A stretch of 32,000 nt of DNA from Oscillospiraceae bacterium (GTDB lineage: Bacteria; Bacillota; Clostridia; Oscillospirales; Oscillospiraceae): assembly GCA_051867615.1 (NCBI GenBank), contig JBJDYU010000055.1, positions 1 through 32,000 on the forward strand, given 5' to 3'. Below the pieces are notes generated by a model, which ran no database searches, had not been told where the DNA came from, and worked only from the letters and a program-made list of their open reading frames with translations. The position numbers were made by a program, and so were the translations under genes. Positions 23,376 through 31,115 of this stretch are shown here, piece by piece; position 1 is the first letter of the stretch; each line of letters starts with the position of its first letter.

Positions 23376-26300
23376 TCAATCATCCACAACCTGGGGCGCG
23401 TTTCCGGTCAGGAACGCCCCGGGGAGGGGAATGACCTCAAAGCCCTCATGGGTGTAGACGGTGCCGTAGTTGTTCAGGATACCGGACACATAGGTGTTGC
23501 GCCAGGAGTGGAAGACGCCGTAGTTGTTCACAACGCCCTGCAAAATGGGGGAATCCTCCGTGTCATCGTGGCCCTGCTCCAGAACACCGTAATTGTTAAA
23601 CGTGCCGGTCAGCCAGATCTCATACCCCGACCAGCCGTCCAGCTGAAAACTGCCGTGGTTTTCCACAGTACTGCCGTCCAGGGACAGGGCCGACATGCGG
23701 GATTCAAAGCTGCCGTTCTCGCCGATCTCAACGGTGCAGTCCAGCAGTTCCAGGTCATCCAGGGAATAGAAGGTCCCCTCCTCAACACGGAGCGCTGCCT
23801 GCTCCATGCTGAGCGGCCCCAAGTTGATGATCCGGCCGCCGCCCTCCAAGGTGACTGCCGCGCCGGGCAGATATTGCGGAGCGGAATGACTTCTGTGCAT
23901 CAACAGGGACGCGCCGGTGCTGACGCTGCCGATTCCGCTGACGGTGACGCTGCCGATGTTGGAGATGCGCCCGCGGTCCAGCACCACCGCGCCGTCCCGG
24001 ACCGCCAGATCGTGGCCGGTCAGGTCCACGGTGCCGTGCAGATACAAAAACGCGTTCTCCTCCTCAAAGGTCAGGTCGCCGCTCGCCATGGTCAGGGACG
24101 CGCCGCTGGTAAGAGCCAGCCCCTTGGTGACGGTCAGGCTGCCGTCCAGTGTGATGTCCATACCGTCGGGTATGATCACCAGGGTGTAAGAATCGTCCGC
24201 CAGGGCGGCTTTCAGTTCGTCCCCGCTGCTCACCCGGACGGTGCGCTCGTCGGCGGAGCTCCAGGAGAAGGGTATCCACCGCAGGCAGGAGCGGTCGACC
24301 GCCCCGGTATAAGAGGGCTCCATTCCGTCATGCGTCATGTCGTCGCCAGAATATGTGACCACGCCGCTGAACTGCAGGATGCTGCCGGGGGCCATGCTGA
24401 GGGAGCTGGTGGGTTCGGCCGTCTCGATCAGGCCCATGCCGTCCAGCATACCGCCGCTCTCCACCTCGATGGAACCCAGGTTGATCAGGCAGCCGTCCAC
24501 CAGAAGTCTGCCGTTGTACTCCACCCGGATGACGCCGCAGTTGGTCATCCAGGTACTGCCGCGCAGGGAGACGGAGGGGTCGTATTGATTGCCGGTCACC
24601 ACCAGTTCGCCGCTGTTGTACAGCCTGTCGCAGGTCAGGTTAAAGTCGCCGCTCTGCTCGTCACCGAAATGGGTCATGACGCCCAGATTAAAGATATGAT
24701 TGCCGGAGGAGGCATTGGAGAAAGCGCTGTTGATCTCGCCGTAATTGATCAGGGTGCCCCGGTCTTCCAGCCACAGCGCCCCCTCAATGGTGCCGTAGTT
24801 GACGACGGTGCAGGGATTGTCCGCGCCGTCGTCGCGCCAATCTCCGGTCTGGAGCGCTCCCAGCAGGGTGCCCCGGTTGATCAGGCAGGTGCCGTTGACG
24901 AGCCAGCTGAATCTTTTCTCTTCCTCATCCGGGTCTTCCGGTGCGGTGACGGTGACGCCCTCGCTGATCAGAACGGGGACGGGGGACGCCCGGTTTTCAT
25001 CGGTGACGGTAAAGTCTCCGTCGATGACGATAGCGGTGGTCCGGCTGCTGCTGATCGCGGCCCGGTATTCCTCGAAGGTGGTCACATGGACGGCGTCGGC
25101 AAACAGCTCCTCCTCACACAGGGTGATGACCCATTCGGAGTCCTTCCTCACTTCATAGGACCCGCCGAAAAGATCCGTGCGTGCGCCGCCGCCCAGCGTC
25201 AGGTCGCTTTCATGCTCCAGCCACAGCTCTGATATGCTCAGTTCGCCGCCGTCCGTCACCGTGACGGTACCGCCGCCCTCGGTGCGGAGCAGGCCTTCCG
25301 TGTAGAGGGCGCCCTCGATCACCAGAGCGCCGCCTGCGCCGACGGTAATGGACTGGCCCGCCGCGTTGATGTCGCAGCCCGCCAGCAGGGTGACGGGCTT
25401 GGTGATCTCCAGCGTGCCGCCGAACATGATGCTCAGCTGCCCGTCGATGATGACCGCGGCCACGCTGTCATTCGCCAGAGCGGCCCGCAGCTCCTCCGGG
25501 GTGGTGACATGGGCCGTCTCCCCGGCGGTCGCATCGGGGTTCTGGGATGGATCGGACGCCGTGCCGCCGCCCCGGGGCAGGATCACCGCCAGCAAAATGA
25601 GCAGCAGCGCCGCCGCTCCGGCGACGGCTCCCCATACGCCTCCCGGCACCTTCCACCGCGCCCGGCAGGGCTGACCGTCCCCGTCTATCTCAGCGGGGGC
25701 GGGTGCTTCTTCCGTCTTCGGCGGCTCCTCCGCCGCGCTCCGGGTCTCCGGAAGCGGCGCGGTTTCCGCCACAGTCTTCGCCTCCGGCTCCGGCGCGGTC
25801 TCCGGCACGGGCACGAAAACCTCCGGCGCGGGGGCGTACAGGTCGGCGCGCAGCTCCTCTACGGTCTGATAGCGCCGGTTGGGACGGATCATCAGGCCCT
25901 TCAGCAGCGCCGCCTCCTGATGGGGCGAAATGTCCACGCCCAGCTTGCTGGGCAGCAGCAGTCCGTCCTCCACGATGCGGTCCAGCGCCTGAGGCGGCGC
26001 TTTCCCGGTCAGGCAGAAATAGATGGTGGCGCAGAGGGAATAAATGTCCGTCCACGGCCCCTGGCCCTTTTGCTGGTACTGCTCCAGTGGAGCGTAGCCG
26101 TGCTTCAGGGCGATGGTCAGGGTCTCCGTGCCCCGGGAGGTCTCCCGGGCGCAGCCGAAATCCAGCAGCCGCACCCTGCCGTTTTCCAGCATCAGGTTGT
26201 CCGGCGAGATGTCCCGGTGGATCAGCCCGGTCTCATGCATGATGGACAGGGCCTGGAACAGGGGCTCCAGCGTCTGAAACAGCTCCTTCGGCGGGATGCG

Positions 26301-26783
26301 CCCACCCTTTTGCTCCACCAGATGGCTGAAGGTGGTCCCCTCGATGTACTCCATGACGATATAGGCGGTGTTGTTGGCCTGGAAAAAGTCCCGGACGCCC
26401 ACGATCACCTGCTGCTTGTCCATCCGGGCCATGGTCCGGGCCTCGTCCAGAAATTTCTGCTTGCCCCGCTCAAAGCTCTGGGCGGACAGGCCCATGAAGC
26501 TGGTCACATCCAGCGTCGCGGCGGCGTTGCGGGTGGAGCGGTCCACCGGATAATACTCCTTGATGGCCACCTTCAGCTCCAGCCGCAGATCGCAGCCGAT
26601 ATAGGTGATGCCGAAGCCGCCCTCGCCCAGCACCCGTCCCACCAGATACCTATCCAGCAGGACGGTCCCCGGCGGCAGGTGGTGGGGCGAAGGCACATAG
26701 CTTCCCGCCGTCAGGCCGCAGACCGGACAGCTTTCGCCCGGGCGCACCCGGGTCATGCAATAGGGGCAATACTGCTTATCCAC
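23376..26783 (-). CDS. Membrane Ser/Thr protein kinase: N-terminal zinc ribbon, Hanks kinase domain, TM, large repetitive beta-helix-like ectodomain
   Basis: ORF 23376..26801. Preferred GTG at 26783 has GAAGGAGG 8 nt upstream. Motifs: CPYC..CPVC, G-loop GEGGFG, VAIKE, HRDISPDN, DFG, YAPLEQ. A Pro/Ala/Glu linker is followed by TM GVWGAVAGAAALLLILLAVIL and ~730 extracytoplasmic aa with repeated NYG-type units. No PASTA repeats. Confidence 0.9.
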   Translation of the reverse strand: MDKQYCPYCMTRVRPGESCPVCGLTAGSYVPSPHHLPPGTVLLDRYLVGRVLGEGGFGITYIGCDLRLELKVAIKEYYPVDRSTRNAAATLDVTSFMGLSAQSFERGKQKFLDEARTMARMDKQQVIVGVRDFFQANNTAYIVMEYIEGTTFSHLVEQKGGRIPPKELFQTLEPLFQALSIMHETGLIHRDISPDNLMLENGRVRLLDFGCARETSRGTETLTIALKHGYAPLEQYQQKGQGPWTDIYSLCATIYFCLTGKAPPQALDRIVEDGLLLPSKLGVDISPHQEAALLKGLMIRPNRRYQTVEELRADLYAPAPEVFVPVPETAPEPEAKTVAETAPLPETRSAAEEPPKTEEAPAPAEIDGDGQPCRARWKVPGGVWGAVAGAAALLLILLAVILPRGGGTASDPSQNPDATAGETAHVTTPEELRAALANDSVAAVIIDGQLSIMFGGTLEITKPVTLLAGCDINAAGQSITVGAGGALVIEGALYTEGLLRTEGGGTVTVTDGGELSISELWLEHESDLTLGGGARTDLFGGSYEVRKDSEWVITLCEEELFADAVHVTTFEEYRAAISSSRTTAIVIDGDFTVTDENRASPVPVLISEGVTVTAPEDPDEEEKRFSWLVNGTCLINRGTLLGALQTGDWRDDGADNPCTVVNYGTIEGALWLEDRGTLINYGEINSAFSNASSGNHIFNLGVMTHFGDEQSGDFNLTCDRLYNSGELVVTGNQYDPSVSLRGSTWMTNCGVIRVEYNGRLLVDGCLINLGSIEVESGGMLDGMGLIETAEPTSSLSMAPGSILQFSGVVTYSGDDMTHDGMEPSYTGAVDRSCLRWIPFSWSSADERTVRVSSGDELKAALADDSYTLVIIPDGMDITLDGSLTVTKGLALTSGASLTMASGDLTFEEENAFLYLHGTVDLTGHDLAVRDGAVVLDRGRISNIGSVTVSGIGSVSTGASLLMHRSHSAPQYLPGAAVTLEGGGRIINLGPLSMEQAALRVEEGTFYSLDDLELLDCTVEIGENGSFESRMSALSLDGSTVENHGSFQLDGWSGYEIWLTGTFNNYGVLEQGHDDTEDSPILQGVVNNYGVFHSWRNTYVSGILNNYGTVYTHEGFEVIPLPGAFLTGNAPQVVDD

Positions 26784-26820
26784 GGACCGCACCTCCTTCA
26801 CCGGGCGAAAAATTGTTTAT

Positions 26821-26849
26821 ACTATACCAAGTTTTTGCTCTTTTCACAA
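26821..26849 (-). promoter_or_regulatory. Candidate internal promoter upstream of the large kinase gene
   Basis: Minus strand: TTGTGA (26849-26844), 17-nt spacer, extended -10 TGgTATAGT (hexamer 26826-26821). It lies in the only AT-rich gap of the operon (26802-26876). Confidence 0.5.
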
Positions 26850-26876
26850 GCGTTCTCCCCTCAGTTTACGACGGAC

Positions 26877-28040
26877 CTACAGCAAAAGCAGGAGCAGGAG
26901 GATGACGATAACGACGCCCGCCAGGCCCAGCAGCAACTTCAGCCCATGCTTACGCAAAAAGTCGGGCAGGCTCTGCCGGGGCGTGGGCGTGACCGCTTCG
27001 GTCGCGGGACTGTCCGTATTCTCCTGCAGCGGCTGGGAGGCGCCGCTCCAGGTGGACTGCACCAGGGTCTTTTCCAGCCGGGAGGCCAGCTCCTCCATGT
27101 TCTGGGGCCGGACCGTGGGCTGGAGGGCCAGGCCCCACAGCAAAAGCTCCTCCTGCTCCCGGCTCAGGGCCGCGCCCAAAGCGCTTGGCGGGAGCAGCGG
27201 GTCGTTCTGGCCGTCAAAGGTGGCGCTCAGCCGCTCCGGGGCGGCGGGAGGCACCTTGCCCGTCAGGCAATAATACAGCGTGGCGCAGAGCGCGTACACG
27301 TCGGTATACGGTCCCTGCCCCCGGGTCTGATACTGCTCGATAGGGGCGAAGCCGGGCTTGAGGACCACCGTCATGGACTTGCCGTCCTCCATGGAGCGGG
27401 CGCAGCCGAAGTCCAGCAGCGTCAGCGTCCCATCCGGCATGAGCATGATGTTGTCCGGCGCGATGTCCCGGTGCAGCACGCCCGCCTCGTGGATGGCCCC
27501 CAGGTCGCGCATCAGGGGCAGGACCTTTTTCAGCAGGAGGTTCGGTTCAAAGCGGCTCTGGCTCTGCAGCAGGTCCCGCAGGGTCGTGCCGTTCAGGTAG
27601 TCCATGACCATATAGGCGGTGCCGTTGGCCTCGAAAAAGTCCAGCACATGGACGATGGAGGGGGTGCCCGCCACCGCCCGCAGCATACTGGCCTCGCTGA
27701 GGAAGCTGTGCATCCCCTGCCGGTAGATCTCCTCCATCTGGGTCGTGGGACATACGGAGTGGTCGGGCCGCCGCTGGGGCTGGCAGCGGGTGGGGAAATA
27801 TTCCTTGATGGCCACCACCTTGCCGGAGGTCAGCTCCTTGGCGATATAGGTCAGGCCGAAGCCGCCGTCCCCCTTCACCTCACCGAACAGGAAGGTGTGT
27901 CCCTTCTGGCTGCGCAGCACCGTGCCGATGGGCAGCTGGTGCGGCGCGGCGCGCTGGTCCACGTCCCGCCCGCACACGGGGCAGAAAGCGTCCTCGCCGG
28001 AAAGTGCCTGCATACAATGGGGACAGAATCTATCCCGCAT
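26877..28040 (-). CDS. Tail-anchored Ser/Thr protein kinase with N-terminal zinc ribbon and no ectodomain
   Basis: Motifs: CPHC..CPVC, G-loop GDGGFG, VAIKE, HRDIAPDN, DFG, FAPIEQ. The last 21 aa, LKLLLGLAGVVIVILLLLLLL, run straight into the stop codon. The ATG at 28040 is 1 nt from the upstream stop. Confidence 0.9.
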   Translation of the reverse strand: MRDRFCPHCMQALSGEDAFCPVCGRDVDQRAAPHQLPIGTVLRSQKGHTFLFGEVKGDGGFGLTYIAKELTSGKVVAIKEYFPTRCQPQRRPDHSVCPTTQMEEIYRQGMHSFLSEASMLRAVAGTPSIVHVLDFFEANGTAYMVMDYLNGTTLRDLLQSQSRFEPNLLLKKVLPLMRDLGAIHEAGVLHRDIAPDNIMLMPDGTLTLLDFGCARSMEDGKSMTVVLKPGFAPIEQYQTRGQGPYTDVYALCATLYYCLTGKVPPAAPERLSATFDGQNDPLLPPSALGAALSREQEELLLWGLALQPTVRPQNMEELASRLEKTLVQSTWSGASQPLQENTDSPATEAVTPTPRQSLPDFLRKHGLKLLLGLAGVVIVILLLLLLL

Positions 28041-28041
28041 C

Positions 28042-29400
28042 TCAGTCCGGCCTCCTCTCCGCGATCACGAAGCTCTGCTCCTGGGAGCCGAGGAAAAACG
28101 CCTCTCCGGGCCGGAGCTGCACGGCCTGCTCCGCCGCCAGCCTGCGTCCCGGCGCCAGGAAGGTGCCGTGGCTGGAGCCGAGGTCCTTGATATACACGCA
28201 GCCATCTTCATACCACACCGCGCAGTGCCGTGCGCTGACGCCCGGGGTATTGGCCGGGAACACCACGCCGCACTGCTGCGGGTCGCGTCCCAGAATGACC
28301 GCATCCCGCCTGCCGATCATAAAGCGCTTGTCCTCCAGCGCGCCGGAAACGCCCTGAATACGGAAGCCGGAATCGCCGGACGCGGGAGCGGAGGCCGATG
28401 CGGGCACAGCCGGGGCCGCTTTCTGTTCCTGCGGGCCCTTTTTCTTTTTCAGCACCACCAGCAGCACCACGGCGATCACCGCCGCGGCAGCCACCGCCAG
28501 AGCGATCCAGAGCCAGGGCGCGGAGGAAGCCTCCTCCGCCATTTCGTAGGGAACGTCGTGGAGCCTGAGCATGGGCAGGACTTCGTCGATGTTCACGGCG
28601 TAATAGATCTTATCCGTGGAGTTGGACACCGTGAAGGTGTTGACGCCCAGCACCGCTCCCGCCTCGTTGACCAGCGGGCCGCCGGAATTGCCCGCCATGA
28701 TGACGGCGTCGGTCTGTATGGCGGAAACGCCGGTGCCGCTGGTGGTCATCAGGCGGCTGACCACGCCCTTGTTCACCGTGGCGTCCGTCTCGCTCCAGGA
28801 GGAGGTGGAGGATATGTACTCATTCTCCGCAAGGCTGGGATAGCCCACCGTGTAGACAGTGCTGCCCACCATTTCCTCCGTGGGGCTCATCAGCTTCAGC
28901 GGCGAGCGCTTGTCCGTGGGAGCGGCCAGACGGAGCAGGGCCACGTCCTTGATGGAATCGGAGTCCACCAGATAGGCCTCCACATAGTCCTCGGGCGCAA
29001 AGTACACCCGGATCATGGCCCGGCCGGAGTAGACGCTGTTCTGCGTCCAGCTGGCCGCCATATCCAGCAGCTGGCTGTAGGTGTAGAACCCGCCGAAGAC
29101 ATCCAGCAGGGTGTCAAAGTCCATCTGGATCAGCTCGCCGGAGCCGCAGGCGATATAGTCGTCGATCACATGGTGATTGGTGATCAGGTACTGGGGCGCT
29201 TCGCCGGAGCTGCCCACAAAAAAGCCGGTGCCCCAGCCGAACTCCAGCCAGGTCCCCTCCAGCTCAAAGCCGATGTCCACAACAGCCACGCTGCCGCGCA
29301 CATCGGACACGGCGGCGGACGTACCGGCGGCACGGGCAAAGCCGGTCAGGCTGCACAGGATGCAAAACGTGGCCACAAAGGCGGTCAGTCTTCGCTTCAT
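28042..29400 (-). CDS. Secreted trypsin-like S1 serine protease fused via one TM helix to a cytoplasmic FHA domain
   Basis: ORF 28042..29511. Preferred ATG at 29400 (GGGAGG upstream) gives signal peptide MKRRLTAFVATFCILCSLTGFARA. Triad contexts: LITNHHVI, KDVALLRL, AGNSGGPLVN. TM WLWIALAVAAAAVIAVVLLVVL is followed by KKKK. The C-terminal FHA reads ILGRD...GVSARHCAVWYEDGCVYIKDLGSSHGTFL. Confidence 0.88.
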   Translation of the reverse strand: MKRRLTAFVATFCILCSLTGFARAAGTSAAVSDVRGSVAVVDIGFELEGTWLEFGWGTGFFVGSSGEAPQYLITNHHVIDDYIACGSGELIQMDFDTLLDVFGGFYTYSQLLDMAASWTQNSVYSGRAMIRVYFAPEDYVEAYLVDSDSIKDVALLRLAAPTDKRSPLKLMSPTEEMVGSTVYTVGYPSLAENEYISSTSSWSETDATVNKGVVSRLMTTSGTGVSAIQTDAVIMAGNSGGPLVNEAGAVLGVNTFTVSNSTDKIYYAVNIDEVLPMLRLHDVPYEMAEEASSAPWLWIALAVAAAAVIAVVLLVVLKKKKGPQEQKAAPAVPASASAPASGDSGFRIQGVSGALEDKRFMIGRRDAVILGRDPQQCGVVFPANTPGVSARHCAVWYEDGCVYIKDLGSSHGTFLAPGRRLAAEQAVQLRPGEAFFLGSQEQSFVIAERRPD

Positions 29401-29420
29401 CTTTCTTTTCCTCCCTTTTC

Positions 29421-30134
29421 TCACGCGGTCACCCAGACCGCAGCGGCGGTATTGTTGTCGTTGTCGGCGGGGATACGGCTGTTCAGCAGCGCCCGCATCC
29501 GGTCCAGCCAATCCTGCGGAGACGCGGCCGCGGCCAGCTCCCGCTCCATTTCGCTTTCATACACATACTCCCAAAAGCCGTCGGAGCAGAGCAAAAACGC
29601 GTGGCTCCCCGGCTCCAGCGCGGTCTCGCCGGCGTCAGCCTCTCCGCCGCCCTGCTGGCCCAGCGCCCGGTAAATGTGGCTGCGGTCCTCATGGAAGCGG
29701 ATCTCCTCCGGCGTGATCTGGCCCAGCAGCACCGCGATCTGCGAGGCGCTGTGGTCCCGGGTCTGCCAGACGAGACGCCCCCCGGCGAAATGGTACAGCC
29801 GGGAGTCCCCGGCATAGGCCCAGTCAAAGCGGCCCTTTTCCAGAGCCAACACCACCACCGTGGTCTTCATCTGGCAGCGCGGCGTCTGCATGGACAGCAC
29901 CTGCTGGTGCGCCTTGCGCACCAGCTCGCAAAGGCTCTGGGGCGTCGCCCCTCCCTGCCAGCCGTCCAGAATGGTCCGGGCGGCGGCGGATGACGCCGCT
30001 TCTCCGCCGCCATGGCCGCCCAGCCCGTCCGCCAGCACCGCGCACAGCCGCTCTCCGTCCAGCTGTCTGACCAGCACCGTGTCCTCGTTGCAGGGACGGC
30101 CTCCCGCGGCGGAATAGCTTGCATATTGCATCAC
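29421..30134 (-). CDS. PP2C-family Ser/Thr phosphatase (soluble)
   Basis: Motifs NEDTVLV, LADGLGGHGGGEAAS, CSDGFWEY, DNNTAAAVWV. AGGAGG lies 10 nt upstream of the GTG at 30134 (ATG at 30131 is an alternative). Confidence 0.9.
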   Translation of the reverse strand: MMQYASYSAAGGRPCNEDTVLVRQLDGERLCAVLADGLGGHGGGEAASSAAARTILDGWQGGATPQSLCELVRKAHQQVLSMQTPRCQMKTTVVVLALEKGRFDWAYAGDSRLYHFAGGRLVWQTRDHSASQIAVLLGQITPEEIRFHEDRSHIYRALGQQGGGEADAGETALEPGSHAFLLCSDGFWEYVYESEMERELAAAASPQDWLDRMRALLNSRIPADNDNNTAAAVWVTA

Positions 30135-30155
30135 AGCGCTACGGCCTCCTATCCG

Positions 30156-31115
30156 TTATTGCAGCTGCCCGGCGCTCCGCGCTCCGTCGGCGGCGCACTC
30201 CAGGATCACGGCAGTGTAGTTGTCCTGATTGCTGTAATTCTTCTCCTGGACCGCCGCCCGGATGGCCTGCGCCGCTTCTTCCGGCCCGGCCTCCAGCGCC
30301 CGGGCCAGCTCCTCGCCGCTCAGCGCGTTATACACGCCGTCGCTCATCAAAATCAGCTTATCGCCGCTCAGCAGGCGGATGGGCGCGGCGGGCAGGTCGA
30401 TACCCGCGAGCTTCCCCATGCCCAAAAAGCTGGTGAGTCCATTCCCCTGGGGATCGGAAAGGGCTTCCTGCACGGACAGCTCTCCGTTGACCGCCCGCAG
30501 GGCCAAGTCGTTTTGATAGGTGTGCTCCCGGTTGAGCTGGGTCAGGACTCCGCCGCGGTAGAGGCAGATGCGGCTGTCGCCGATGCTCAGAAAGGAAAAG
30601 CTCCCCTCCCTGACCAGGCCCATAGCCAGCGTGGAACCGCTCCGGCGGCAGCCCTCCGGCCCCAGCAGCTCGTTGACCGCCTGCGCCGCGCTTTGCGCCA
30701 GAGTCAGCAGCAGCTGCTCCGGCCCCGCCGCGTCCCGGCACAGAATAAATTCGTCCAAAACGGCCTGCACCGCCGCGGCGCTGACCTTGTCGCCGTCGGA
30801 CAGGCCGCCCATGCCGTCCGCCACCACCGCCAAAAGGCCGTGGGTGGACATCAGCGCCTCGTCCGAAACGGCAAAGCAGTCCTGCTGCCCCTCGCGGGCG
30901 CCCTGCTCATGCAGCTTGCCGACGGAGACCCGATCCACCCGGGGAAGCTCCGCCGCGCGCTTTCCGCCACTGTGCAATCTCGCCTTTCTCACGCCCCAGA
31001 CAGCCAGCAGCAACAGCAGCGCAGCCACTGCGAGCAAGGCCGCCGCAGCCGCCCACAGCGGCAGCGTCACGCCTTGCAGCGCTCCGCTCTCACCGTAAAC
31101 CAGCCACTCACGCAT
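30156..31115 (-). CDS. Membrane-anchored PP2C-family Ser/Thr phosphatase (N-terminal TM)
   Basis: ORF 30156..31202. Preferred ATG at 31115 overlaps the upstream stop (ATGCGTGA). TM LPLWAAAAALLAVAALLLLLAVWGV is followed by RKARLH. PP2C motifs: QDCFAV, VADGMGGLSDGD, MSDGVYN, DNYTAVIL. Confidence 0.88.
   Translation of the reverse strand: MREWLVYGESGALQGVTLPLWAAAAALLAVAALLLLLAVWGVRKARLHSGGKRAAELPRVDRVSVGKLHEQGAREGQQDCFAVSDEALMSTHGLLAVVADGMGGLSDGDKVSAAAVQAVLDEFILCRDAAGPEQLLLTLAQSAAQAVNELLGPEGCRRSGSTLAMGLVREGSFSFLSIGDSRICLYRGGVLTQLNREHTYQNDLALRAVNGELSVQEALSDPQGNGLTSFLGMGKLAGIDLPAAPIRLLSGDKLILMSDGVYNALSGEELARALEAGPEEAAQAIRAAVQEKNYSNQDNYTAVILECAADGARSAGQLQ

Noticed and set aside
23364-28190. Very long plus-strand ORFs (23364..25232, 622 aa; 25509..28190, 893 aa) overlapping the kinase genes
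   Set aside because: They are antisense to genes with unmistakable kinase motifs. Their translations are low-complexity and rich in Gly, Ala, Arg, Pro and Gln, with no motifs. This is the classic shadow-ORF pattern of high-GC DNA, where stop codons are rare on the opposite strand.
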